Below, piece after piece: positions 23,042 through 37,675 of a DNA stretch of 64,000 nt. The notes below the pieces were generated by a model, which had not been told where the DNA came from, ran no database searches, and saw nothing but the letters and a program-made list of their open reading frames with translations. A program made the translations under genes and the position numbers. Origin of the DNA: Selaginella moellendorffii (Eukaryota; Plantae; Lycopodiophyta); contig NW_003314329.1 in NCBI RefSeq assembly GCF_000143415.4, positions 577,421 through 641,420 of the forward strand, given 5' to 3'. How positions within the stretch are numbered: the first letter of the stretch is position 1; the number at the start of each line of letters is the position of its first letter.

Positions 23042-24814
23042 ATGTACAAGCAGAAAAAAATGCATAGAGCAACTTACTTGGTCCTCCTCCTCAGCTTTGT
23101 TCCCGGTATTCTTTCTGTCAAGGAGCCACAGAATTCCTCATGCCGCTGCCTCGCATTTGATCACGATTGCTGGCCATCTTCTCGAGTCTGGAACAGCTTC
23201 AACACGTCAGTGGAGGGACGGTTGATGAGAGTCTTACCTCCGGCTGCTCCTTGCCACGACCCCTTCTTTGACGAACAAGGCTGCAAAGAAGTCCAAGAAA
23301 GCTGGGAGCTGGAATTCTGGAGAACAAGCCAGCCTGGTGCGTTGTATGCCTCAAACTTTGAGAGCCTTGGAGACCAGCACCGCTGCTCGCTTGCCTCCAA
23401 CAGAAGCTCAACATGCTTCCAAGGTGCCGTTCCGGTCTACGCCGTAAGTGTCCTGGACCCCTTGCAAGTCATCTCGGCTGTCAAGTTTGCCTCCAGGTAT
23501 AATCTCCGGCTTGTAGTTAGAACTTCCGGGCATGATCCCACTGGTCGCAGCACAGCCCCGGGTTCATTCGCCATCTGGTTGCACCATCTCAAGAGCATAA
23601 CTTTTCACGAGAGTTTTGTCCCGGAAGGATATTGTCCTGATAAGAATTCACCACCACTGGGGAAGATCCCTGCCGTGACCATCGGTGCTGGCGTTCAGTG
23701 GGAAGAGCTGTATGCAGCAACTCACGAACGAAACTCTGTCATAACAGGAGGAGCATGTTCTTCTGTAGGGGCTGCAGGTGGTTTTCCTCAAGGTGGCGGC
23801 CACAGCTTGCTCTCGCCAATGTTTGGACTTGCTGCAGATAACATTCTCCAATATGAAATTGTTACCGCTGGTGGTGAGCTCCTCGTTGCTAATGACTGGC
23901 AAAACCAGGAACTCTTCTGGGCACTCCGTGGTGGAGGGGGTGGCACTTTCGGAGTTGTAGTTTCTGCAACATATAGAACCCATCCTGCTCTTGAAAGTCT
24001 CGCCTTTGCTCTCTACAACTTCACTGCCACCACTGTCAACGCCTCCAACCCCATGGGAAAGCTGGTGAAGAAATTCGTCCAGATCAGTCCCGAGCTATCT
24101 GACGCTGGCTGGTCAGGGAATTTCTTCCTTTCAAGACGAAGCCTGGTGCTCGTCTATCTCCTCCCGAACAAAAACGTCTCCTTTGCGAACGAGACACTGA
24201 CGCCGCTGACGACTTACGCTGAGCATCAACCAGGGATGGTCCTTGAGACCAGTTTGCTCGCGTTTTCTTCCTTTCAGGAATGGCATCTAGCTGTTCAGTG
24301 CGGTGGCCAGCCCAGCTGCATCACCTTCACCAGACGAAGCCAGTTGAGATTTCCCGGAGCATCGAGCTTGATTCCCAGAAAAGTCTTTACGGATTGTCCT
24401 ACGAAGATTTCCCGGGCATTGATGAAGATAACCAACACTCCTTTCTCCATAACCGGCGTTTCCAACCTTGGAGGAGATGTGGCACGGCCACGGAACAACG
24501 CTGTGAATCCGGCATTGCGCTCGGCACTTTGGCATATCATCCTGGCAACAAACACCAACGATAACACAACTCAGGCGGAATATGAAAAGTTTGCGAGGCA
24601 GATCACGCATGCAAACAAGTTGCTACCGGGTTCAGGAGCTTACATGAACGAAGCCGATTTCAACGAACCGAACTGGCAACAATCCTTCTTTGGAGAGAAC
24701 TATCCTCGCTTGCTTGACATAAAGGACAAGTACGATCCAACTGGTCTGTTTGTGTGCCACCAGTGCGTTGGGAGCGAGAAATGGAGCAATGATCTCAACT
24801 GCAAACTGAAATAA
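23042..24814 (+). CDS. Secreted FAD-linked oxidoreductase (FAD_binding_4 + BBE domain), intronless
   Basis: Signal peptide, 'RLVVRTSGHD' FAD attachment motif, 'VGAAGGFPQGGGHS', 'LFWALRGGGGGTFGVV' and 'AYMNEAD..YPRLLDIKDKYDPTGLF'. Confidence 0.95.
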   Translation: MYKQKKMHRATYLVLLLSFVPGILSVKEPQNSSCRCLAFDHDCWPSSRVWNSFNTSVEGRLMRVLPPAAPCHDPFFDEQGCKEVQESWELEFWRTSQPGALYASNFESLGDQHRCSLASNRSSTCFQGAVPVYAVSVLDPLQVISAVKFASRYNLRLVVRTSGHDPTGRSTAPGSFAIWLHHLKSITFHESFVPEGYCPDKNSPPLGKIPAVTIGAGVQWEELYAATHERNSVITGGACSSVGAAGGFPQGGGHSLLSPMFGLAADNILQYEIVTAGGELLVANDWQNQELFWALRGGGGGTFGVVVSATYRTHPALESLAFALYNFTATTVNASNPMGKLVKKFVQISPELSDAGWSGNFFLSRRSLVLVYLLPNKNVSFANETLTPLTTYAEHQPGMVLETSLLAFSSFQEWHLAVQCGGQPSCITFTRRSQLRFPGASSLIPRKVFTDCPTKISRALMKITNTPFSITGVSNLGGDVARPRNNAVNPALRSALWHIILATNTNDNTTQAEYEKFARQITHANKLLPGSGAYMNEADFNEPNWQQSFFGENYPRLLDIKDKYDPTGLFVCHQCVGSEKWSNDLNCKLK

Positions 24815-25936
24815 ATAGAAATAAAAACAGTAGCCCCCTTTGAATCCATCTTACGTTGTCTTCTGTTGTCAGTTAGAAACAGAGCTCATCTCCTCACGAT
24901 CTCTTCTCGTTTTGTTCCGGTCGAGAAAGAAATTGTCGCTCTGCGTAAAACTACGAAGGGTTTTAAACCAAGCCAGCCAGCCAGGTTTTTTCTGTTCCAT
25001 TTGAAACAAAGGTACGATTCTCACGATAGTAGGCTGAAAAAACGAAAAAAAAAAAGTTCCATCCAGAGTGAGCAACAACCAGAGACAAGTTGCTACCTTA
25101 GGCGGATAGTAGACAAGCTTGAGATGATCCAAATATCTCCAGAAATCGCTATTGGTTTTTGAGGCAGCTCTGGATCCTCGAGTGCGCCGTGGAGTCATGG
25201 AGCGCTTGCGTGAGTATCTGAGATGCCAGGAAGAGAAGTGCAATATCGTCCGCGACCGCAAGAACTTCTGGATGCCCGATGCGTGAACGAATAAAAATAG
25301 AACTCAGAGCCATTAGGTCGGTCGATCAAGAAGGAACGATGAAGCGATCTAGGTGTAGGAATCCACAGCACCTGCTGGAAGAGAGCAAGAGAGGGGACCA
25401 GGGCTTGGCGCCGATGGCTTCATACCGGTACTGGAAATGCGGCGCCAGAGAAGGGCAACGGAGGCTCGGGCGTTTCCATGCGCTCCAAGTCACTGTTGAA
25501 TCCTTTGACCAAGAATGGTCAAAAAGAATGTAAATTTTTGGTAGTACCACGTATGAAATGCAGGAATATCATCTGGAACTGGAAAACAAGAAACTCATGG
25601 TGGAAGGATCCCACTACATTGTGTCCGAAGGTTGGTAGTTGATGGTCTAGTGATTAGTGAACTCATCCTATAATTGCTAACTGGAAAGCTTAGAAGATGT
25701 AGCGTAGAAGCCAATCCACGTGTCGTGGTCTAAATTCCTGGTTGTTGCATCGCATTCTTAAGAGCAAGCCAATGTCACTAGGAACACCAACGAAGAAAAT
25801 ACTTCAGAAGTTTTATATAGATATATATACACCGCCACATGGCAAGAGACATACTTTGGAACGTGTGTTAGAAATCATTTAAAGATTAAAATTTTAGAAT
25901 CAGATGCAAGAAGGGAGCTGTAATATTTAGATTAGC

Positions 25937-26849
25937 ATGGTGCAATTATTAATATATATCTTTCTGCTTCTAATATGCTTTCAAATTGTAACCTCCTCAC
26001 CTGTTGAAGTACATGGAGTTTATGGCCCTGAAGGGATTCTTAATCAAAATAATGTAGATTACTTGATGGCATTTCTAAACACCTTATTACATGAAGCATT
26101 ACCTGCTGGAGGTGTAACAGATCCAGATGCTAGTTTTGAAGCATCGGTACTGATTCCAAACAGTAATAGAGTAATGCTAGTATGTCTTCATATGATTGAT
26201 GCTGGCATCATCAATTTTCATCCATCTCCAGGTTTTTCAAGTGTTGAATGATCAAGCGTCAAGCATAATTATAAGCTCATTCAATCAATTATATAATAAT
26301 CTTGTTCAAACAGGACCTATGTATTTTGCGGTAAGTATAATGTCTTATTATGGACGTTTTATTGTTAATTACCGGGTTATTAGAATTCCTAGATCTCGTC
26401 AATTAATATTAAAAAAACGAAAAATGTTGCGAAATGATGATGTTGATATGCATTCAGCTTTCAATCATGTCATGTTAAGTGGTGAATACGATGAACCTTA
26501 TTCTTATTTGTATGAATCAAAAAAGTATCTACATAACTTTTCAAACAATTACATACTTATAATTCAATATAATTGTAACCTTGTTTTATATTTTAAGAGC
26601 ACTATTAAATGGAGTACTAAAACAGAAGACACTGATTTTGATTGCAAATTAAGAATTCAATCTGATGGCAATTTAGTGATATATGGTGCATTCAATTTGA
26701 AAGCTAGATGGTCTACTAATACTTTTTGTATCCCAATTTATAATTGTTTTGCAAGTTCGATATTATTGCTACAAAACGATTGCAACTTAGTTTTATATAG
26801 AATAGGAAAACCAGAAATACCAATTTTTGCAAGTGGCACGTCATGCTAA
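25937..26849 (+). CDS. Secreted bulb-type (GNA-related) mannose-binding lectin with an unassigned N-terminal region; 2 exons, ~286 aa
   Basis: A GT..AG intron at 26180-26231 joins the two ORFs in frame. Three QxDxNxVxY-type sites: QYNCNLVLY, QSDGNLVIY, QNDCNLVLY. Confidence 0.85.
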
Positions 26850-27031
26850 CTTAATTAAGTTTTTTCTATATCTATGAGAATTTTGAACAACCAAACCAAC
26901 TCCTCTGCCAAAAGAAAAAAAACAAATAGGTTTTGTAATAGACCAAGCCGGCCGTGTGTGATTCTTGAGAACTAAAGCTACGCTGGAATAGCTCTTTAAT
27001 GTGCAGAGACTTTCACATTTCGGATCAAAGA

Positions 27032-29350
27032 TCAAAGGTAAGCATTCTTTTCATGATGATGATTTAGAGTTCTGACGAGGTTGGAGAGGAGAACGTAGTG
27101 TGAAGAACAGCCAGACGGTTGCAAGTGGACGGCCTCCTCGGCGGCCCTCCGGCTCGCTCCTTGATCGGAGCCACCACACGACGCTAGCAGTGATCTCCAT
27201 GCGACAATGTCCGGCTCGAAAGGCATGGCGAGCACAAGCTCTTCAGCCTCTCGCACGAATCCACTTCGTCCCAGCAAGTCCACCACGCAGCCAAAGTGCT
27301 CGGCCGTCGGCTCCAATCCCTGGAAGTCGTAGATGAAAACGAAGTGCTCCAAGGCCTTGGCGAGAAACCCCGCGTGGCTGCATGCCTGGAAGATGCTCGT
27401 AAAGGTAGCGTCCCTGGGCTCGACTCCATGGAGATTCATCTCGTTGTAGAGCGAGAGAGCTTGCAAAGTCCGGCCTTGACGGGCATAGCCAGCGATCATC
27501 GCAGTGAAAGTGTTGGAGTCGGGGCTGTTTGCGTTCTTGAGCTCCTGGAAAACTCGAGCGGCATCGTCCACTCTCCCCCAGCTGCCATACATGAAGACTA
27601 GCGCGTTCCCAACGATGGTATTTGAGGCATAGCCGAGCTCTCGAGCCCGGCGATGGAGCTCTCGCCCGAGAGAGGTGGCCTGGTGCGCGGTGCAAGCTCC
27701 CAAGATGGTGGACATGGCGATCTCGTCCGGCTTCACTCCTTCCAGGTCCATCTTCTTTGCGAGTAGCAGCGCCGAGGAAGATTGGCCATGCTGGACGTAG
27801 GCCGCGATCATGTTCGTCCACGAGACAACGTCGACGTTCTTGCTGCTCGAGCCGAGGAGACGATCGAAGATTGCCTCGGCATCGATCAAGCTGCCGCAGC
27901 TGGCGTACATATCCAGCAGCGAGTTGAGAACCTCGACGCTGGAAAGAAGCTCCACTCTTCCAGCGGTATCCATGGCGGTGTGGAGCGCTCGTCCGCTGGC
28001 CAGTCCTCCGCGATCCATCTTGGAGCAAGTTTCCAACGCGTAGAAGATGGTGACCTCGGTGGGAGCAACGCCGTCGAGATCCATCTCCCGGAAGAGCTGG
28101 AAAGCAGCTTCGATATAATCGCGATTCTCTTGCTGAGCGAAGGCCGCGATGATCGTCGTCCACGACACGGTGTTCTTGGAAGGAATCGCCAGGAACACGA
28201 GCCTTGCATCGTCGAGACTGCCACACCTCGCGTACATGTGGACGAGCGCGTTGCAAACTGCTCGATCCGACTGGAGCTCCTGGCGGCGATCGATCACTGC
28301 CGAGTGGATTCTTTTCCCAGATTCGAGCCTTGAGCAAGCGCCTAGAATGCTGCTCACAGCCATCGCGTCCGGCACCACTCCCTCATCCTCCATTGTGGCG
28401 AAGAGATCCATTGCTTGGGTGGCGGCGCCGCTCTGGACGTAGGCCGCGATCATCCCGTTCCAAGTCACGTTGTTCTTAGCTGGCATTCGATCGAAGGCCT
28501 CGCGCGCTTCATCCAGTCGCCCACACTTGCCGTAGAAATTCACGATCGCGCTTCCAACGATGAGATCCGAGTCTAGGCCACTGGCCTCGACGCGAGCGGC
28601 AATCTTCCGTCCGGCAGCCAGCTCTCCACCGCTAGAACACGCGGCCAGGAGCGCTACGAATGTCACGGCGTTGGGATCCACTCCATCGCAGCACATCTGG
28701 CGGTAGCACTGGATCGCTCGCTGCAGCTGCCCGTTCTGGGCAAATGCCGTCACCATGATGGTCCACGAGAAGACGCTTCTGTTCTTCATCCGGTCGAAGA
28801 TGGCGATGGCGTCGGCGAGGCTGCGGCACTTGGCATACATGTTGACCAGCGAATTCCCGACCATGAGATCCTGCTCTTCTCCATCCTGTTCCCCATAGCC
28901 GAGCTCCTTGACCAAGCTGTGGATCATCTTTCCCTGCTGGAGATCTTCCAGCGATGAGCAGGCCCCCAAGAGTGTAGTGAGCGTCACCTCGTCTGCTCGA
29001 TCGCCCTCTTGGTTCATTGTCCGGAAGAGCTGGAGAGCGTCGCTGCCGTGATCTGCGCGGACGTAGGCGGAGATGATGATTGTCCACGAAAAGACGTTCT
29101 TGCGCGAGCTCATTGTGTCGAAGGCCTGGCGGGCATCGGTCACGCTGCCACACTGAGCGTACATCTGGACGACCAGATTTTCCAGAAACCTCCTCCTCTT
29201 CTTTGCACTGCCGTCGTGAAGATTGTGCTCGCAGATTTGAGCGTGGATGGTCTTTACTTCTGCTACAGAGCTGCAGTTCCTCAGCAATTCAGCAGCATCC
29301 CCAGAGATCATCAGATATACTAAAACTTCCCTCGATCCTGAGAAAAACAT
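27032..29350 (-). CDS. PLS-class pentatricopeptide repeat protein with E domain (no DYW)
   Basis: Repeated 'NSLVNMYAKC..A..IFD' and 'VSWT.MI.AY' units, ending in 'HFGCVVDLLGRSG..EAEELV..MPFEPD..AWRSLL'. Confidence 0.95.
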   Translation of the reverse strand: MFFSGSREVLVYLMISGDAAELLRNCSSVAEVKTIHAQICEHNLHDGSAKKRRRFLENLVVQMYAQCGSVTDARQAFDTMSSRKNVFSWTIIISAYVRADHGSDALQLFRTMNQEGDRADEVTLTTLLGACSSLEDLQQGKMIHSLVKELGYGEQDGEEQDLMVGNSLVNMYAKCRSLADAIAIFDRMKNRSVFSWTIMVTAFAQNGQLQRAIQCYRQMCCDGVDPNAVTFVALLAACSSGGELAAGRKIAARVEASGLDSDLIVGSAIVNFYGKCGRLDEAREAFDRMPAKNNVTWNGMIAAYVQSGAATQAMDLFATMEDEGVVPDAMAVSSILGACSRLESGKRIHSAVIDRRQELQSDRAVCNALVHMYARCGSLDDARLVFLAIPSKNTVSWTTIIAAFAQQENRDYIEAAFQLFREMDLDGVAPTEVTIFYALETCSKMDRGGLASGRALHTAMDTAGRVELLSSVEVLNSLLDMYASCGSLIDAEAIFDRLLGSSSKNVDVVSWTNMIAAYVQHGQSSSALLLAKKMDLEGVKPDEIAMSTILGACTAHQATSLGRELHRRARELGYASNTIVGNALVFMYGSWGRVDDAARVFQELKNANSPDSNTFTAMIAGYARQGRTLQALSLYNEMNLHGVEPRDATFTSIFQACSHAGFLAKALEHFVFIYDFQGLEPTAEHFGCVVDLLGRSGFVREAEELVLAMPFEPDIVAWRSLLASCGGSDQGASRRAAEEAVHLQPSGCSSHYVLLSNLVRTLNHHHEKNAYL

Positions 29351-29487
29351 CTAAGACATATTAACTCATTAGCAAGTTGTTACCTGCTAAGCAACTCTTT
29401 TTCTTCTAGAAATTCTTCGATACTGGAACAGGACAAAGAATGATATCAGCAAGAAATGGATGGCTTGTCACCTTATAAGGAGCTCGA

Positions 29488-30637
29488 TTATAACGACGTT
29501 GCCATGGTTATAGTTCCCAAGGCCATCACAAGCATGTAATCTTGACTGAGTTCGTCACGAGAAAACGTGGGAAGTTTCGAGATAAAACACGCAAGCATGC
29601 CAGAATTGATAATCGACAAAACTAACGAGACGTACCACGACTTCCTCCTCAACCAAGCCATTTGGATCTGTATCATGAATGAGCTCATGAGCCGTAAGTC
29701 AAAACTCAGGAGAAAGACATTACCAGGAAAAGATTTGCCGCTGTTGCGCACAGTACTGCTACACAAGTGCCCGTCTGCTCGCCGAAGCAGACTGGTATGG
29801 TGCGAACTCCCGTAACTCTGTCGCCAGCCATGTCCTTGACATCCATAAGAATCTCTCGGCCGAGAATCGACAAGAAAAGGTAGAAGCTGGAAGCAAGAGT
29901 TCTCTGAGGAATCACGCTGACACTACCGTGTGTCACTGCAAGACCCCCGGCAAAAATGGCGCTGGCAATCACCCCGGATACGACAATGTTCTTCAACAGC
30001 GTCACCTTCTTGACCAGCGGCGTGTAGACAAATGTGATGTACGCCGAGAGTGTGATGAGTAGCCTCATGATGGGTTGCTCCAAGCAACAAGTTGCCAGCA
30101 TGACGCCTCCGTAGATGCATCCAGCAACCAGTCCAACCTGCGAAGCAAAAGATCATTCTAGAGCGAAGCTTTTAATTTTGAAAGACTCACATCAGCCGTG
30201 GTGATTTCTCCACTCAGCAACGCCGAGTTCCTTTTGTTGAGACCGTCGGTTCCAGATATATGATCGTAGCAGTCGTTGACGAGCATTGATGCTGCTAATA
30301 TGAGAGCGCTACAAGCTGAACTTGTCCACACAGCTGGCATGCGTAGCACGCTCGGGCTGTAGTTTGCAGTCATCCAGCTGCCTGCGAAGCTTAAAAGGAA
30401 GGCCGGGACGAGATTGATGGGCCTGGACATCTCGAACAATCCCCGAGCGAAAGCGCTCCTTCTAACGGCTGTTAAATCCCGCTGTTTGCTACTACAAACT
30501 AAAATCCCTGTCGATCTGTTGCTGCTCCTTCTTAGAACTTCAGAACCATTCCTTCTCGCGCGGACTAAATTCCCTGTGCTGCTCTTGCTTAGATTGTCTG
30601 TCGAATAAAGCAAGCTGCAAATCAGTGGCCTGTCCAT
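29488..30637 (-). CDS. UbiA-family prenyltransferase (DGGGP-synthase-like), 3 exons (30637-30191, 30137-29724, 29667-29488)
   Basis: Asp-rich motifs 'NDCYD..TD..NK' and 'REILMDVKDMAGDR', multiple TM helices, GT-AG introns and a transit-peptide-like N-terminus. Confidence 0.88.
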
Positions 30638-30893
30638 GGAGCGGAAAATGATTCACCAATCCCGAGGCCGAAGCATGAAGTAAAAAACGCCCTCAAGAAA
30701 CAACCCGTCTCTCTCGTGCCATCCTGTATTGCTCATCTATCCATATCGTCGTTGAAAAAATGTCTCATCCAACTTATTCTCCTTCTGTTCGCGTGTATTA
30801 CGTGCCCGGAACGCAAGAATGATCGAACCTTCCGGAACTTGCACACCAGGTTAATTTAAACACTTGTCACGTACGTTACACGCGAAAGGCTAA

Positions 30894-32728
30894 CTAGCTA
30901 CACATGGCAGAAAATCGTTGCATTGCCCGCTGGAATTGCAAGCCCTGCAGTTTAAGAGACAAACGTTTGAGAGGCCGATAAATAAAAATGAAAACGATGC
31001 AGGTCATTTACCAACCTGCCAGTAAAGATGCCTGCACTCGGAGCATTGCCAGAATAGTAAACCGTCCTGCAGTAATACATCTTCCGAAATTTTTTGGTTG
31101 GGGGCAGCAGCCTTTGCTTGCTGTGCGGTCAATGGTTTGGGACAGAGCTCTCCGTTGCACCTCGTGCACCTCGAGAGTAAATGCTCTTCGGAGACTGTAA
31201 GATGGAACGTCTCAATAATCTGAGTAAAGAAACTGTCAAAAAGGACAGCGCTAGCGACGCATTGAATCGTACCTCAGTAAGTTGCTCTTTCTTTGTTAGG
31301 TGTTTGACACGGTACGCTTGGTTGGATGGAATAAGGCGCTGCCTGAGTAGCTTTACGTCTCTTGTTAGTAGAATCCTCCCTTCTCTTTGAGCTTGTTCGA
31401 TTAGTTGCCTAGAAGAATACAATCCAGCGGAATAATTCTTCTCTCCAAAGGAAAAAAACAAGAACCTGGCGTCGGGTTTTAACCTATGTGGACAAGCAGC
31501 GTCAATTCCAACGCAACGTAGCTGACGAGCTAAGCCTTCGATCTGTTCAGAAGGAAAGAAAAAAATGCGTTAAAATTTATGCACTTAGCCCGCCGAACTT
31601 ACCATAATATCACACAGAAACTTTGGGCAACCATCACCTCCCACAACAGGATCCCATGGCGGAGGTCCACACCACTCGAACTCGGCCTGCCCCTGAGATC
31701 TGTTTGTGTCCCGTACCCTCCGAGTTCTGATTTTCTTTTTTGGGTCGGCTTGCAGTGACAGCGTCTGCTGAAAAGTTAATAGATACGCAAGAAACTTTCC
31801 AGACCTATCTGCCTTCTTGCTCATGCTCCTAAACCTCGTTACAAGAGGGCTTAACTCTTCATCAGGATAGAGTAGACGAGCAATTCCGACCGAGGCAACT
31901 GCGAATGTAAAACGTCAATGAGAAGGCCACAGATCGACCAGAGTCGAAACCAACCTGCTTTTGATCGTTGCATGTCGATTATATAGGGATGAAGAGCGTC
32001 CAGAATTGCTAGAAGACAATGCGCATCAGCGGCAGCATAAGATATTTGTTCTTCAGTCAGTGGCCTCAGCTCCCAGTCACTACATTGCAAACTCTGCGCA
32101 AAAAATAGCTTCACTAGTAGCAGCCATGCAAACACACTCCATCCCATACCTTGCAAAGAGGTCGACCAAAAACATCTCTACATATGTGGGATAAGCTCGG
32201 AGTATCACCCGGGAGTTTACGTGGATTTTTCCTTTTCACTTCATGATAGAGCTTCCCAATATCAATATAAGGCTACGCTACAAAGAGAAGGACATGGAAA
32301 ATGAGCAAAGTTACGAGTAAAAGAGGAACTCAGGCACTTACCTCACAGGAGAAGCTCGCAGTGGACGAAAGCGATGCAGCGAGATTGATTAAATCTTGTC
32401 GAAGCTTGAATCCCAGCTTTAGAATTCTAGACGTTTCCAATGCCTCTTCCAGTGGCTGAAGCAATGCAGAAGCCGGGATCGACAACACATCGACGATGAA
32501 CACAAGATCACTCTCGGGGCCGAAATCTCGCTTCCGGCACGCAATCTGGAGCAGCGAAACCCTGGGGTGCATACCAGCTACCAAGACAGGCTTCCACTCA
32601 GCATCCAGCGCGATCACTGACGATTCTTGCAGCGCCAGAAGAAATCCCTGGAACGCCTCGCCATCGATCGAATCGACGAGCCTGATGCTCGAAGGCGGCA
32701 GCGGCACGCTCCAAAACTCGTCCTCCAT
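30894..32728 (-). CDS. Mut-7/EXD3-like DEDDy 3'-5' exonuclease with Mut7-C domain, multi-exon
   Basis: 'IALDAEWKP', 'QCSDWELRPLTEEQISYAAADA', 'PKFLCDIM', 'GRILLTRD' and a C-terminal zinc ribbon (SRCTRCNG...QCSEC..LYW). Confidence 0.9.
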
Positions 32729-32823
32729 AGCCAAGAATTTAGGGTTTATCCTCTTCCGTACGCTTTCAAGCGTACGTCCCTTGTTCCGACCCGTTGGAGA
32801 TTCCTTGGCCAGGAGGAAGAAGG

Positions 32824-34688
32824 ATGCCAGCGTCTTCTTATCGCCAGCAGCAAGGCGTGAACTGGGGTCTGGTCGTCGGCGGCGCCGTAGCGACGGTCTT
32901 GTCGCTGGCATTCACACGGAGTAGCAAGAACAAGAGCAAGAACAAGGCGGCGGCGGCGGCGGCAGCGATTCACCCCGAGCAGCACGGCAATGGTGAGAAT
33001 CCGCAGAGATTTCTTCTTCTTTCTCCCTGGTGTCTTGTTCTTGGGCCGTAATATTTCTATCTGGAATGCTCAGGTCTCGCAGCGATGGATGCCGAGTGCA
33101 TGGTGTTGCGTCGCGAATCGAGCAGCGGCAGTAGCAGCAGTGGCAGCAGCAGTGAGATTTCTTCCGATGGTAAGCGCAGATTTCCTTTCCCAGTTGGTCG
33201 AGAATCGACGGAAAGCCCCTTTCTTTCGTTCTTGATTTTTTATTTTCCCTCGACTTCGTCCAGGAATCGTGCATCGCCAAGCCGTGCATCGATTGAGACA
33301 CCAGCTCAAGAGCCGGGAGGAGATGATCATGGAGATGCAAGCACAGCTATCGAGCAAAGAGAAGGCGCTCCACTCACACACCTCTCTCATCGCCAATCTC
33401 GAGCGGCAACTCAAGGAAGCCAACGATTCAATCTTTGAGGTAGAGCGAGTAATCCAGGAGCTTCACGGGCCCAAGGCCAACACCAGCACAGGGCAATCCT
33501 CTGGATCATCGGGGACGACAGAAGTGGCAATCGACATGGGAACCCAGTGCAGCAGCGATAGCGATGAGCACCAAGAACACGAGTTGGAAGGAGAAAACAA
33601 GCTGATCGTCAAGAACAGCGGGAAGAACAGCGAGAACAACGAGATGGTGTTGCATGCAAAGGAAGGTGACTATCAGCTGGTTTTCGAGAGAGCCAAGCAT
33701 CTGGAAGCGGAATTGCTGGGAATTCGTGCCATGGCACAAGAGATGGCCTCGCTGCTGGAAATGTCCGAGCGAGAACGATTGAGGCTCCATCACGTTGTAA
33801 GTCAACTCCAACAAAAGCTTGCGTTCCAGGTACGCTCGACATTCTTTGTTCGATTGTTTTTTTTTTAGTTTGCTTTTGTTCCTACTGTGTGTGACACGAT
33901 GTGTTCTTTCCTTCTTTTTCTTTTTCCTATCATCAGGCAAAAGAGCTGAACACGATGCGAGCGACGACACACTTTCTCAAGGTGTCTCTCGGAAGCCGGT
34001 AATATTTTTCTTGGAGATTCTGGAAGTGGTGGCTAACCAGGATTTATAACTTTCGTGTAGGAGATCCGGGGATGACTACACGGACTTATACAACAAAGCT
34101 GCCAGATTATCGAGGGACGAGGATGGCAGCCCCTTACAACTCAGAAGCAGTAACGCCCAAGCAGCACGACCCACCAAGCAGCGGTATAGTGAATCAGCGT
34201 CGGTTGACAGCAGCTTGGAAGTCTCGGAGATCATCGATCCTTCTGTGAGGGACGAAAACTCCACGAGCAGCTCAACGGGATCGTACTGGTCATCAGGTGG
34301 TCGAGACGATCAAGAGCTAGAGGAGGAACAGGAGGGTGGAAGGATGGCGGACTACAGGAGTTACGATTCTCCAGGCGTAGTACGGATAGGAAGTCCCACG
34401 ATTGTGGGAAGCAGGAGCTCGATGGAGAGTGGCACAGCACAGAGGTACTTGTTCAGCGACGATCAAGAGCTGGGAGAGAGCGAAGAACTGGAAGGAGGAG
34501 AAGAGTTTGCTACTGCTGCTACTGCGAGAACTACTCGATCTTCCCTGGAAGCAGTAGTGGAAGAGGAAGAGGAAGGGTCGTCTGGATCGAGCTCGGTGAT
34601 GGAAGAAATGCTGGACGAAACGCTCGAAGATCTTGTCAAAGCCACGACGCCGCGTGCCACTACCATCACTGGACGACGCTCTGTATGA
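32824..34688 (+). CDS. Uncharacterised coiled-coil protein with N-terminal hydrophobic anchor and acidic C-terminus, multi-exon
   Basis: TM-like 'WGLVVGGAVATVLSLAF', heptad-rich ORF 33269-33868 and short GT-AG introns. Confidence 0.7.
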
Positions 34689-34758
34689 TATGATCTTAAA
34701 CAAAAACCCTTGGTGTTCCAGTTCTAGGGTTCTTGAGAGGAAGGAAAGGATCTGATCG

Positions 34759-35179
34759 ATGGCGGCCGCCTGGAGGAATCTTCAGCACAAGTCCACCGCC
34801 GCTACCGAGTATGTGATGAAGCACGCCGGCGAGTACTACAAGACGCTGCTCGAGCGGAACAAGCATTACATCGTGGAAGAGCCGACGGTGGAGAAGTGTA
34901 ACGAGCTCTCCAAGCAGCTCCTCTACACGCGCCTGGCCAGGTATGGATGGAATCCCTTGGATTGATCGCGGAATCGCGACCCTTCTCTCTCGCAGCTTGC
35001 CCCATCGCGCGGAATCGTTCTGGAAAGAGGTGGAGATCGTCAAGGCCAAGTTCCGGAATCGGCAAGAGCTGAAGCTCGAGGAGGTCGGGATCGCTGCGCT
35101 GTTCGTGGGCGAGTGCTACGCGTGGTTCTGCGTGGGCGGGATGATTGGGCGGCGATCGATCACTGGCTACCGCGTCTAG
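34759..35179 (+). CDS. Mitochondrial ATP synthase subunit g (2 exons, intron ~34941-34996)
   Basis: 'YYKTLLERNKHYIVEEPTVEKCNELSKQLLYTRLA' plus 'GIAALFVGECYAWFCVGGMIGRRSITGY'. Confidence 0.93.
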
Positions 35180-35473
35180 ACCAAAGCTTTTGCGATTTGG
35201 AAGAGATGAGATGAGAGTAACAAGACGAATTGATGCTGTGTGTTCTTGCGGCATTCCTTTCCTTTTTAACTTTCCTTTTTGATTGGATGGAATAAAATGC
35301 TTGGACGTATCATCTTCTAGGCTATTTCTTTCTTCTAAGAGAGAAAGAGCCCTAATTCACACCTCGGCATCCGGGAGCTCCGGTCTCGCCTAGCGTCGGG
35401 TAAGGGCGCCTCCTCCTCGCGATTTCGTGATTGATCGATTGGCGCGATTGATATTTCGAGCAGATCTGCCGCA

Positions 35474-37675
<2,202 letters not shown>

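Noticed and set aside
24866-25640. Short coding-like fragments between the oxidase and lectin genes
   Set aside because: No coherent reading frame or recognisable domain.
26196-26251. Apparent frameshift in the lectin gene
   Set aside because: Explained by a 52-bp GT-AG intron (26180-26231).
27100-29364. Long alternative-frame and antisense ORFs over the PPR, LecRK and V-ATPase genes
   Set aside because: Shadow ORFs of coding sequence, especially where it is GC-rich.
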